Of a DNA stretch of 64,000 nucleotides, positions 37,594-45,989 are shown piece after piece (the first letter of the stretch is position 1; each line of letters starts with the position of its first letter). The notes beneath the pieces were generated by a model. That model was given only the letters and a program-made list of their open reading frames with translations, made no database searches and was not told where the DNA came from. This DNA is from Actinomycetota bacterium. Lineage in GTDB: Bacteria; Actinomycetota; Thermoleophilia; Gaiellales; F1-60-MAGs149. The position numbers were made by a program, and so were the translations under genes. The stretch spans positions 4,561 through 68,560 of the forward strand of contig JAPLCF010000041.1 in NCBI GenBank assembly GCA_026392355.1. Direction: 5' to 3'.

Positions 37594-38735
37594 CGCGGGC
37601 CTGGTTCGGCATCACGCTCATCACGCTCGCGCTGTTCGCCGCCGCCTGCGGCTCGAGCGGAACGAAGGACGACGAGCAAGCCGGTGCCGCGACGTTCGAT
37701 GCCTACGCGTGTGACGGCGACGTCGCGGTGATGGCCCCGTACGGCGGCACCAGCGATACCGACTACGTCCAGATGAACTGGGCGCGGGTGGCGCTCGACA
37801 AGTTCAATCGTGACCACGGCACCAGCTTCACGCTCTATCCGAGCAACGTCGACTTCGACGCCGACGCCGGTGCGGCCGCCGCGCAGCGCATCGTCAGCGA
37901 TCCCAACGTGATTGGCGTCGTCGGTCCGAAGACATCCGTCGTGACGAAAGCAGCAGGGCCGATCTTCGATATGGCGGGGCTTGCGTACATCTCGCCGTCC
38001 GCGACCAACGCAAGCCTCACCGATGGCAGCCTCAAGAACTTCTTTCGCGTCGTGGCGAGCGACGCCCTTCAGGCGCCGCGAATGGCCGAGTTCATCGCCG
38101 ACGATCTCGAGGCGAAGGGCGTGCTCATCGTGCAGGATGACGAGCCCTATTCGGAGGGGCTCGGGAACGCTGTCTACCAGCAACTCAAGGCGCGCGGTGT
38201 CAATGTGCAGCGCGTCAACGTGAAGGTCGGGCAGGAGTTCTACTCCGAGGTCGTCACGCGTGCGACACCGCAGGTGGACGTGGTTGTCGCCCCGCTCCTG
38301 GTCCCGTCTGATGCGCGCCGGCTCGTCACCGAGCTGCACGCGGCAGGCAGATACCCGGCGATCGTCGGCGGTGATGCGCTGTTCGTGGGGGCCTTCGGTG
38401 TACCCGGCGCCTACGTGACCACCTACGCACCCGATATCTCCCGGCATCCGGAGGGACGCGACATCATCCGGCTCTACGAGTCGATCTTCGGCGACTTCGA
38501 GTCCTTCGGTGGCCCCGCCTACGTGGCGATGGAGGTCGTGTTGACCGCGGCGCTCGACGTCTGCAAGCGCGATGGTGGCGTGACGCGCAGTGCCGTCACG
38601 ATGCAGATTCCCAAGGTGCAACTCGAGGAGAGCATCCTTGGGATGCCGATCGCATTCGACGGGCGCCACGAGGTCGAAGATGCCCGGATCCACGTCTACC
38701 GTGTCGGCCTCAACGGTTACGAGCTGGTCGGCTAA
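37590..38735 (+). CDS. Branched-chain amino acid (LivJ-like) substrate-binding lipoprotein
   Basis: Lipobox FAAAC, YISPSATNASL, FFRVVASDALQ, DDEPYSEGLG. GTG overlaps the upstream stop. Confidence 0.85.
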   Translation: MTRAWFGITLITLALFAAACGSSGTKDDEQAGAATFDAYACDGDVAVMAPYGGTSDTDYVQMNWARVALDKFNRDHGTSFTLYPSNVDFDADAGAAAAQRIVSDPNVIGVVGPKTSVVTKAAGPIFDMAGLAYISPSATNASLTDGSLKNFFRVVASDALQAPRMAEFIADDLEAKGVLIVQDDEPYSEGLGNAVYQQLKARGVNVQRVNVKVGQEFYSEVVTRATPQVDVVVAPLLVPSDARRLVTELHAAGRYPAIVGGDALFVGAFGVPGAYVTTYAPDISRHPEGRDIIRLYESIFGDFESFGGPAYVAMEVVLTAALDVCKRDGGVTRSAVTMQIPKVQLEESILGMPIAFDGRHEVEDARIHVYRVGLNGYELVG

Positions 38736-38738
38736 CGA

Positions 38739-38766
38739 CAGCGGGGGCGCCGTAGCGCCCCCACTG
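38739..38766. terminator. Terminator hairpin between convergent genes
   Basis: GGGGGCGC-CGTA-GCGCCCCC with outer CAG/CTG. Confidence 0.6.
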
Positions 38767-38803
38767 ATCGTGTCGTGCTGTGTGGCCGCGAGCGGCCGTG
38801 CTG

Positions 38804-40438
38804 TTAGCCCTCGGCGCCGAAGTCCGGGGCCTCTTCGCCGGCCGGATCCGGCGCGGCGGCGAGCACCTCGGCGGGCACCATGCCCTCGTACTGCTCGAAG
38901 TTCTTGACGAACTGGGCGGCCAGCTGATGCGCCTTTTTCTCGAAGGCGGCCGGATCGTCCCACGTCTCGACGGGGTTGAGCAGCTTGGAGTCAACGCCCG
39001 GTACGGCGACCGGGATGTGCAGGCCGAAGATCGGATCCTGGCGCGTCTCGACGTTGTCGAGCTCGCCCGAGACGGCGGCGCGCACGAGGGCGCGGGTCGC
39101 CGCGATCGGCATGCGCTTGCCAACGCCATACGGGCCGCCGGTCCAGCCGGTGTTGACCAGCCATGCCGAGGCGCCGGTCTTCGCCAGACGCTCGCCGAGC
39201 ATCTGGGCGTAGACGCCCGGATCCTGCGCGAGGAACGGCGCGCCGAAGCACGTCGAGAACGTCGTCTGCGGCTCCGTGACGCCGACCTCAGTACCGGCCA
39301 GCTTCGCGGTGTAGCCCGAGAGGAAGTGGTACATCGCCTGCTCAGGCGAGAGCTTGGCGACGGGCGGCAGGACACCGTAGGCGTCGGCCGTCAGCAGCAC
39401 GACCGCGGTCGGTGTGCCGGCACGGCCCTCTTCGACGACGCCCGGGATGGACGTCAGCGGGTAGGCGACGCGGGTGTTCTCGGTGATCGACGAGTCGGCG
39501 AAGTCGATCTCGCGCGTCTCCGAATCCATGATCACGTTCTCGATGATCGAGCCGAACATCTCGGTCGTGGCGTAGATCTCGGGCTCGGACTCGGCCGACA
39601 GGTTGATCGCCTTGGCGTAGCAGCCACCCTCGATATTGAAGACGCCGTCATCGGCCCAGCCGTGCTCGTCGTCGCCGATCAGCGGGCGCTCGGAGTCGGT
39701 CGACAGCGTGGTCTTGCCCGTGCCCGAGAGGCCGAAGAAGACGGCGACGTTGCCGTCCTGGCCGACGTTCGCCGAGCAGTGCATCGACAGCACGCCCTTC
39801 TGGGGCAGGCGGTCGTTCATGATCGTGAAGACGGACTTCTTGATCTCGCCCGCGTAGCGCGTGCCGCCGACGAGAATCTCGCCGCCGGTGAAGTCGATCG
39901 TGACGAAGCCGCTGACGCGCGTGCCGTGCTTCTCGGGATCAGCTTTGAACTCGGGTGCGTGGAGGATCAGCACCTCAGGATTGTGCGAGGGGATCTCGTC
40001 AGCAGTTGCCGGGATCAGCATCGTCTGCGCGAACAGCAGATGCCAAGCGGAGTTCGAGACAACGCGAATCGCCGTGTGATGGTCGGGGTGCGCGCCGGCC
40101 CAGGCGTCGAGCACGTAGACGTCGCCCTGGTTGAGGAAGTCGATCAGGTCCTCGCGGATCAGCGCGTTGTGCTCCTGCGAGATCGGGCGGTTGACCGGAC
40201 CCCACCAGATGCGGTCCTTGGCGCCGGGCTCATCGACGATGAACTTGTCCTTGGGGGAGCGACCGGTGTTCGGGGCGGTGTTGACGACGAGCGACCCGCC
40301 GGCAGCCAACTGCCCGGCGTTCGCGCGCAGCGTGTGCTCATAGAGCTCGGCGGCCGTTAGGTTCCAGTGTGCGTCGCCACTGGGTGCGAGGCCGTGCGTA
40401 TCGAGGTCGACTGAGCCGCGGCGTGTCGTCGTTGCCAT
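38804..40438 (-). CDS. pckA: Phosphoenolpyruvate carboxykinase (ATP)
   Basis: TGRSPKDK, GGTRYAGEIKKSVF, LSMHCSAN, FFGLSGTGKTTLS, LIGDDEHGW, EGGCYAK, CFGAPF. Confidence 0.97.
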   Translation of the reverse strand: MATTTRRGSVDLDTHGLAPSGDAHWNLTAAELYEHTLRANAGQLAAGGSLVVNTAPNTGRSPKDKFIVDEPGAKDRIWWGPVNRPISQEHNALIREDLIDFLNQGDVYVLDAWAGAHPDHHTAIRVVSNSAWHLLFAQTMLIPATADEIPSHNPEVLILHAPEFKADPEKHGTRVSGFVTIDFTGGEILVGGTRYAGEIKKSVFTIMNDRLPQKGVLSMHCSANVGQDGNVAVFFGLSGTGKTTLSTDSERPLIGDDEHGWADDGVFNIEGGCYAKAINLSAESEPEIYATTEMFGSIIENVIMDSETREIDFADSSITENTRVAYPLTSIPGVVEEGRAGTPTAVVLLTADAYGVLPPVAKLSPEQAMYHFLSGYTAKLAGTEVGVTEPQTTFSTCFGAPFLAQDPGVYAQMLGERLAKTGASAWLVNTGWTGGPYGVGKRMPIAATRALVRAAVSGELDNVETRQDPIFGLHIPVAVPGVDSKLLNPVETWDDPAAFEKKAHQLAAQFVKNFEQYEGMVPAEVLAAAPDPAGEEAPDFGAEG

Positions 40439-40581
40439 TGTGAGGTCATCTCCTGGGTCTTTAGTGCGAGCGCTGAGAACGAACGCATGCGCTGGGGTGG
40501 AAGCCTACTCATCCCATAGGTCATATCCGCAGGTTGATCGCTTTCGGCCGAATCCCTGACGCAATTGTGACGCCAGAAATG

Positions 40582-40612
40582 ACAGAGCCTCGGGTGTCGC
40601 CCGAGGCTCTGT
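40582..40612 (-). terminator. Intrinsic terminator downstream of USP gene
   Basis: Perfect 13-bp stem ACAGAGCCTCGGG / CCCGAGGCTCTGT. Confidence 0.75.
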
Positions 40613-40649
40613 TACGCCCAAATGTGTTGATGGGCCGGTGCCCGCGAAC

Positions 40650-41069
40650 CTAGTCGTGAATTGCCTCGACATCCTCGCAATGGTGCTTGGCGGCACGCAC
40701 GCTCTCGGTGTCCCAGAGATCGCCGACGAGTCGGTGACGCGGAGTGCCGACGATCACCGACGTCGGCGAGAACTTCTCGCAGACCGCGGTCACGCTCGCA
40801 CCCTCTGGTCCCATCGTCGCCTGCCCCATGGCGTCGAGGCCTTGCGCGCGGGCGACCGCGGACATCGCCGCGGCGCGATCCTCGGCAGCGCTACCGCTCT
40901 CGCCCTCGACGAACTCCTGGCCGAGGCCGTGGCCGATCGTCGTATCCATGCCGCCGTGCGTGACCATCACGACCGTGGTGACACCCAGTTCCTTGGCCTT
41001 CGCGATCACCCGCTCGGCCACTAGCTCGTCCGTGCCCATCTCCGTGGAGAACCCCAGAATGCTGCTCAT
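40650..41069 (-). CDS. Universal stress protein-like domain protein
   Basis: About 140 aa; N-terminal beta strand, G......GP..A.I....E......VIVG pattern. Divergent from the canonical family. Confidence 0.55.
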   Translation of the reverse strand: MSSILGFSTEMGTDELVAERVIAKAKELGVTTVVMVTHGGMDTTIGHGLGQEFVEGESGSAAEDRAAAMSAVARAQGLDAMGQATMGPEGASVTAVCEKFSPTSVIVGTPRHRLVGDLWDTESVRAAKHHCEDVEAIHD

Positions 41070-41188
41070 ACGCCAGTTGTACACCGCCGCGCCGTCGAAT
41101 GCACTCGGCGGTTCCGTCAGGCCGTGACGGAAACCCCGCGACCTGCATGGTGTCAGCGGCCGGACGACCATCGGCTAGCATCGCCTGC

Positions 41189-42667
41189 ATGACGCTTCAG
41201 CTCAATGATTCCTCGCTTTTCCGCCAGCAGGCCTACATCGACGGCCAGTGGGTCGACGCCGACAGTGGCGAGACCTTCCCGGTCTACGACCCCGCGACCG
41301 GCGAGGTGATCGCGAACGTCCCGCGCCTCGGCGCCGCCGAGACACGCCGGGCGATCGAGGCGGCCGAACGCGCGCAGGCCGGCTGGGCGAAGCTCCTCGC
41401 GAAGGACCGCGCGCGGATGCTGCGCGACCTTGCCGACGCGATGCTCGCCAACGCGGATGACCTCGCGATGATCATGACTGCTGAGCAGGGCAAGCCGTGG
41501 CCCGAGGCCAAGGCCGAGGTCGCCTATGCCGCGTCCTTCTTCGAGTGGTTCGGCGAGGAGGCCAAGCGCGTCTACGGCGAGACGATCCCCGCCCCGATGG
41601 GCGAGCGTCGCCTCGTCGTGTTGCGCCAGCCGATCGGCGTGACGGTCGGCATCACGCCGTGGAATTTCCCGTCGGCGATGCCGACCCGCAAGGCGGCACC
41701 CGCGCTCGCTGTCGGCTGCACGATGGTGCTCAAGCCCGCCGAGCAGACGCCACTCAGCGCCCTCGCTGTGGCCGAGCTCGCCGAGCGCGTCGGTATCCCC
41801 GCCGGTGTCTTCAGCATCGTCACCGGCGATGCCGAGGACGCGCCGAAGATCGGCGGCGAGATGACGTCGAACCCAATCGTCCGCAAGCTCTCGTTCACGG
41901 GCTCAACGCAGGTCGGCAAGCTCCTCATGGAGCAGTGCGCGGGCACGGTCAAGAAGGTCTCGCTCGAGCTCGGTGGCAACGCACCGTTCCTCGTGTTCGA
42001 CGACGCCGACCTCGATGACGCGATCGCGGCGATCAACGTCGCCAAGTACCGCAACGCGGGGCAGACGTGCATCAGCGCCAACCGCGTGCTCGTGCAGAGC
42101 GGCATTCACGACGCGTTCGTCGAGCGTGTCGTCGAACTGTCGAAGACCGTCAACGTCGCGCCGGGGTTCGACCCGTCCGCGACGATCGGCCCGCTGATCG
42201 ACGACCCGGCCCTCGAGAAGGTTGCGCGCCACGTCGCGGATGCCAAGACGCGCGGTGGGGAGGTCCTGCTGGGCGGCGACGTCCACGCCGAGCACGGCCG
42301 CACGTTCTTCCTGCCGACCGTCATCACCGGCGCCGATATGTCGTGGGAGATGTCGAACGAGGAGACCTTCGGCCCCGTCACGGCCGTGCATCGCTTCGAG
42401 AGCGAGGCCGACGCCGTGCGCATCGCCAACGACACGCCGTTCGGCCTGGCCGCGTATCTCTTCACCCGCGACCACGCCCGCATTTGGCGCGTGGGCGAGG
42501 GCCTCGACTACGGCATGATCGCCATCAACACGGGCTTCATCAGCGCTGCCGAGGCGCCGTTCGGTGGCGTCAAGGAGTCGGGCATCGGCCGCGAGGGCTC
42601 GCAGCACGGCATCGAGGACTTCCTCGAGCTGAAGTACATGGCCTGGGCCGGCATCCGCGACGAGTAG
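41189..42667 (+). CDS. gabD: NADP/NAD-dependent succinate-semialdehyde dehydrogenase
   Basis: ITPWNFP, LKPAEQTP, SFTGST.VG, LELGGNAPF, NAGQTCIS.NR, EETFGP, FGGVKESGIGREG. Confidence 0.92.
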   Translation: MTLQLNDSSLFRQQAYIDGQWVDADSGETFPVYDPATGEVIANVPRLGAAETRRAIEAAERAQAGWAKLLAKDRARMLRDLADAMLANADDLAMIMTAEQGKPWPEAKAEVAYAASFFEWFGEEAKRVYGETIPAPMGERRLVVLRQPIGVTVGITPWNFPSAMPTRKAAPALAVGCTMVLKPAEQTPLSALAVAELAERVGIPAGVFSIVTGDAEDAPKIGGEMTSNPIVRKLSFTGSTQVGKLLMEQCAGTVKKVSLELGGNAPFLVFDDADLDDAIAAINVAKYRNAGQTCISANRVLVQSGIHDAFVERVVELSKTVNVAPGFDPSATIGPLIDDPALEKVARHVADAKTRGGEVLLGGDVHAEHGRTFFLPTVITGADMSWEMSNEETFGPVTAVHRFESEADAVRIANDTPFGLAAYLFTRDHARIWRVGEGLDYGMIAINTGFISAAEAPFGGVKESGIGREGSQHGIEDFLELKYMAWAGIRDE

Positions 42668-42701
42668 CAGTGCGGCATGGAGTGGTGCGGCTCCATGACA
42701 T

Positions 42702-42744
42702 ATGAGTACGCCATGTGTATGGCATACTCATGGCATGAGTACGC
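42702..42744. promoter_or_regulatory. Probable antitoxin operator (inverted plus direct repeat)
   Basis: ATGAGTACGCCAT (42702-42714) / ATGGCATACTCAT (42719-42731), 1 mismatch; ATGAGTACGC recurs at 42735. Confidence 0.6.
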
Positions 42745-43004
42745 GTCTCCAAATCATCGTTGATGACGACGAAGCCGAGCAGTCGCGCGCATGTGCGCGG
42801 GCCCAAGGCGTGAACTTGTCGGAATGGATTCGCCAGGCGATGGCGATGGCCCGCAAGACGCAGGGACCGCGCACTGCTGAGGAGAAGCTCGCGGCGCTGC
42901 GGCGCCTTTCCCAGATGCCTGACGAAGAGCGTGCTCCAGCGCCGCCGATCGACGACATGCTGCGAGAGATCAACGCGCGGTACGACGGGCTTCCGTCGCT
43001 GTGA
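42735..43004 (+). CDS. vapB: Antitoxin, ribbon-helix-helix (VapB-like)
   Basis: TRLQIIVDD..., NLSEWIRQA RHH pattern; stop overlaps the PIN toxin start. Confidence 0.75.
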   Translation: MSTRLQIIVDDDEAEQSRACARAQGVNLSEWIRQAMAMARKTQGPRTAEEKLAALRRLSQMPDEERAPAPPIDDMLREINARYDGLPSL

Positions 43005-43396
43005 TCTTCGTCGACTCGAACGTGCCGATGTACGTCATCGGCGACGATTTGGTGCAGCGGCAGCGCGCCGAGGCGCTCTGCGACCGGCTCGTTTTGAGCG
43101 GCGAGCAGATCGTCACGAGTGCCGAGGTCTACCAGGAGATCATGCACCGGTATCGATCGATCGGCCGGCTTGCATCGATCGCCAAGGGCTTCGAGCACCT
43201 GGACATCATCGTCGACGACGTGCTCGCGATTGATGTCGACGACGTACGTAGTGCGCATGCCATCCTCGATCGCACGCCGGACTTCGATGCGCGCGATGCG
43301 TTGCACATCGCGACGATGGTCCGGCATGGCATCACACGCATCGCGTCGTACGATCGGGGATTCGATCGGGTATCGGATATCGAGCGCCTCTCATGA
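43001..43396 (+). CDS. vapC: PIN-domain toxin VapC
   Basis: IFVDSNV, EVYQEI, DARDALHIA, SYDRGFD acidic PIN residues. Confidence 0.9.
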   Translation: MIFVDSNVPMYVIGDDLVQRQRAEALCDRLVLSGEQIVTSAEVYQEIMHRYRSIGRLASIAKGFEHLDIIVDDVLAIDVDDVRSAHAILDRTPDFDARDALHIATMVRHGITRIASYDRGFDRVSDIERLS

Positions 43397-45036
43397 CCCG
43401 CCTCGGCGGCCACGTGATCGCCGACCAGCTGGTCGCGCAGGGCGTCGACACCGTGTTTGGTGTGGCGGGCGAGTCGTTTCTCAGTGTCCTCGACGGCCTG
43501 TGGGAGCGGCGCGATCACATCCGCTACGTCGGTGCACGCCATGAGGCCACGGCCTCGCACATGGCGGAGGCGTGGGGGAAGCTCACCGGGCGCCCAGGCG
43601 TGTGCCTCGCCACGCGTGGCCCGGGCGCCACGCACGCTTCGATCGGCGTGCACACCGCCTTTCAGGACTCGACGCCGATGCTGCTCTTGCTCGGGCAGGT
43701 ACGACGCGAGCATCAGGGGCGCGAGGCATTTCAAGAGGTCGACCTGCCCGCGATGTTCGCGCCGCTCGCCAAGTGGACTGCGCAGATCGAGACGGCCGAC
43801 GACATCCCGGAGATGCTCGGCCGCGCGTTCGAGATTGCCCTCGCCGACCGGCCCGGTCCTGTCGTGCTTGCGCTGCCCGAGGATATGCAGCGCGAGCTGA
43901 CCGACGCGGCCGATGCACCGTTCGCCGAGCCGGCGCTGCGCGAGCCGGCCGCGGCCGATCTTGATCGGCTGCATACGTGGCTCGGCGACGCAGCGCAGCC
44001 GCTCGTGATCGTCGGCGGCCCGCGGTGGAGCCAGACAACGGCGGATGCGCTCGCGGAGTGGGCGGTGGGCTCGGCCGTGCCCGTCGCGGCGCAGTTCCGC
44101 CGCCAGGACCGCATCGACAACGCGTCGCCGGCCTACGTGGGCGACCTCGGCCTCGGCACGAACCCGGCGCTCGAGGCACGCGTCGCCGAAGCCGACCTAG
44201 TTGTCCTCCTCGGCGGGCGCTTCGGCGAGATCCCCAGCGGCGGCTACACGCGCCTGCCGGTGGAGCGCCGCTTGGGGCATCTGGTTGCGCACGTGCACGC
44301 GGAGCCATCGGAGCTCGGGCGCACGTGGCACCCCGATCTCGCCATCGCCGCCGCTGCGCCGCTCGTCGTCGAAGGGCTCGTCGCGCGGGGACCACTCGGC
44401 CGGCAGCCGCGCGCGATGTGGGCGCAATCGCTGCGTGGCGATTACGAGACGTGGAGCGAGCCCACCGTGCGCGACCTCGCCGGCGTCGACCTTGGCCAGG
44501 TCGTACGCCACCTGCGCGACACGCTGCCCGACGACGCCGTGATCACCAACGGCGCGGGCAACTACACCGTCTGGATCCATCGCTACTACCGTCACCGCCG
44601 CTACGCGACGCAACTCGCACCGACCAGCGGCGCCATGGGGTACGGCATCCCCGCCGCGATCGCGGCCGCGCTGCACGACCCGTCGCGAACGGTCGTGGCC
44701 TTTGCCGGTGACGGCTGCTTCCAAATGGCCGGGCACGAGCTCGCCACGGCGGTGCAGGTCGGCGCGCGCATCATCGTGCTGGTCTGCGACAACGGCATGC
44801 TCGGCACGATCCGGATGCATCAGGAGCGCTCGTTCCCCGGCCACGTCGAGGGCACCGCGCTCGCCAACCCCGACTTCGCCGCGCTCGCGGTTGCCTACGG
44901 CTGCCATGCCGAGCGCGTCGAGCGCGATGCCGACTTCCCCGCCGCCTTCGCCCGGGCCCGCGCCGCCGACGGGCCGGCGCTGATCCACCTGGTCTGCGAC
45001 CCGAGCGCGATCACGCCGGGCGCGCTACTCGCGTAG
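43393..45036 (+). CDS. Thiamine pyrophosphate-dependent enzyme (acetolactate synthase large subunit-like family)
   Basis: GESFL, RHEATA..MA, TRGPGATH, SGAMGYG, GDGCFQM...DNGMLG (GDG-X-N). Confidence 0.9.
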   Translation: MTRLGGHVIADQLVAQGVDTVFGVAGESFLSVLDGLWERRDHIRYVGARHEATASHMAEAWGKLTGRPGVCLATRGPGATHASIGVHTAFQDSTPMLLLLGQVRREHQGREAFQEVDLPAMFAPLAKWTAQIETADDIPEMLGRAFEIALADRPGPVVLALPEDMQRELTDAADAPFAEPALREPAAADLDRLHTWLGDAAQPLVIVGGPRWSQTTADALAEWAVGSAVPVAAQFRRQDRIDNASPAYVGDLGLGTNPALEARVAEADLVVLLGGRFGEIPSGGYTRLPVERRLGHLVAHVHAEPSELGRTWHPDLAIAAAAPLVVEGLVARGPLGRQPRAMWAQSLRGDYETWSEPTVRDLAGVDLGQVVRHLRDTLPDDAVITNGAGNYTVWIHRYYRHRRYATQLAPTSGAMGYGIPAAIAAALHDPSRTVVAFAGDGCFQMAGHELATAVQVGARIIVLVCDNGMLGTIRMHQERSFPGHVEGTALANPDFAALAVAYGCHAERVERDADFPAAFARARAADGPALIHLVCDPSAITPGALLA

Positions 45037-45039
45037 ACA

Positions 45040-45172
45040 CATTGGATCCGGATCCAAATTGTCCCGATTTTGGTCATTTTGGATCCGGATCCAAATTGTC
45101 CAAGAACGTGCAAATCTGGACCCGGGTCCAAATCAGCACGAAGCATGCGAATCTGGACCCGGGTCCAGATTC
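45040..45172. repeat. Four palindromic units TGGA(T/C)CCGG(A/G)TCCA at exact 37-bp period
   Basis: Cores at 45043-45056, 45080-45093, 45117-45130, 45154-45167. Confidence 0.9.
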
Positions 45173-45186
45173 GTTAGGTTCTCTCC

Positions 45187-45954
45187 ATGAAGATCTACGC
45201 ACTCCATTGCGGTGGTGATCTGCAGGACGTCGGGATCTTCGACTACGAGCATCCCCAGGCGGGCGAGGCGCTCTACAACCCGTACTACATGTACGTCATC
45301 ACGCATGCGCAGGGCAACGTGCTGCTCGACACGGGCGCGCACCCGACGTTGCGCACCGATCCACGCTCGCGGCTTGGTGACATGGCCGATGTGTTTGAGG
45401 CGCTGCTGGAGCCCGACGACACCGTGCCCGGCTGTCTGGCACGCATCGGCATGACACCGGAGGACATCAGCGTCGTCGTGCAGTCGCACCTGCACTTTGA
45501 CCACGCGGGTGGCCTCGAGCACCTGCGCCACGCGCCCGTCTACGTGCAGCAGGCCGAGCTCGACTTCGCCTTCGATCGCACGCATGATCAGGCCGAGATC
45601 TACCTCGTCGACGACTTCAACGACGGCGTCGACTGGCGGCCGATTTCCGGCGAGCACGATCTCTTCGGTGACGGCACGCTGATGCTGCACTCGACGCCTG
45701 GGCACACCGCCGGGCACCAGTCGCTGTGGGTGCAGACGCCGAGTCGGCCCACGTTTCTGCTCTGTGACGCGGCCTATCTGATCGAGCCGATGCGCGGTCG
45801 GCGCCTGCCTGGCGTGCTCTGGAACGGCGACGCAATGCTCGACTCGTGGGAGCGAATCGAGGCGATCGAGCGCGACACCGGAGCACGGCTGATCGCCACG
45901 CACGCGCTCGACTACGAGACCGCGGTGCCGAAGCCGCCGGACGGCTGGGAGTAG
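45187..45954 (+). CDS. N-acyl homoserine lactonase (AiiA/AttM)-family metallo-beta-lactamase
   Basis: LLDTG, SHLHFDHAGG, TPGHTAGHQS, CDA.Y, ATH. Confidence 0.88.
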   Translation: MKIYALHCGGDLQDVGIFDYEHPQAGEALYNPYYMYVITHAQGNVLLDTGAHPTLRTDPRSRLGDMADVFEALLEPDDTVPGCLARIGMTPEDISVVVQSHLHFDHAGGLEHLRHAPVYVQQAELDFAFDRTHDQAEIYLVDDFNDGVDWRPISGEHDLFGDGTLMLHSTPGHTAGHQSLWVQTPSRPTFLLCDAAYLIEPMRGRRLPGVLWNGDAMLDSWERIEAIERDTGARLIATHALDYETAVPKPPDGWE

Positions 45955-45989
45955 CCGCCTCACCGCAGCGAGCAGCCAAGCCGCTCTGC

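Noticed and set aside
40560-40585. CRP/GlxR site upstream of pckA (also TGTGA at about 1279 and 1390)
   Set aside because: Only TGTGA half-sites are present, with no TCACA partner at 6-bp spacing.
45043-45167. parS or Noc-binding sites
   Set aside because: The core does not match TGTTTCACGTGAAACA or ATTTCCCGGGAAAT beyond the central CCGG/CCCGGG.
45040-45172. CRISPR array or TIGR-type guide array
   Set aside because: The 37-bp period is far too short for CRISPR repeat plus spacer. There are only four units, no cas or Nop-domain gene in the window, and no box C/D motifs. Kept as an unexplained repeat.
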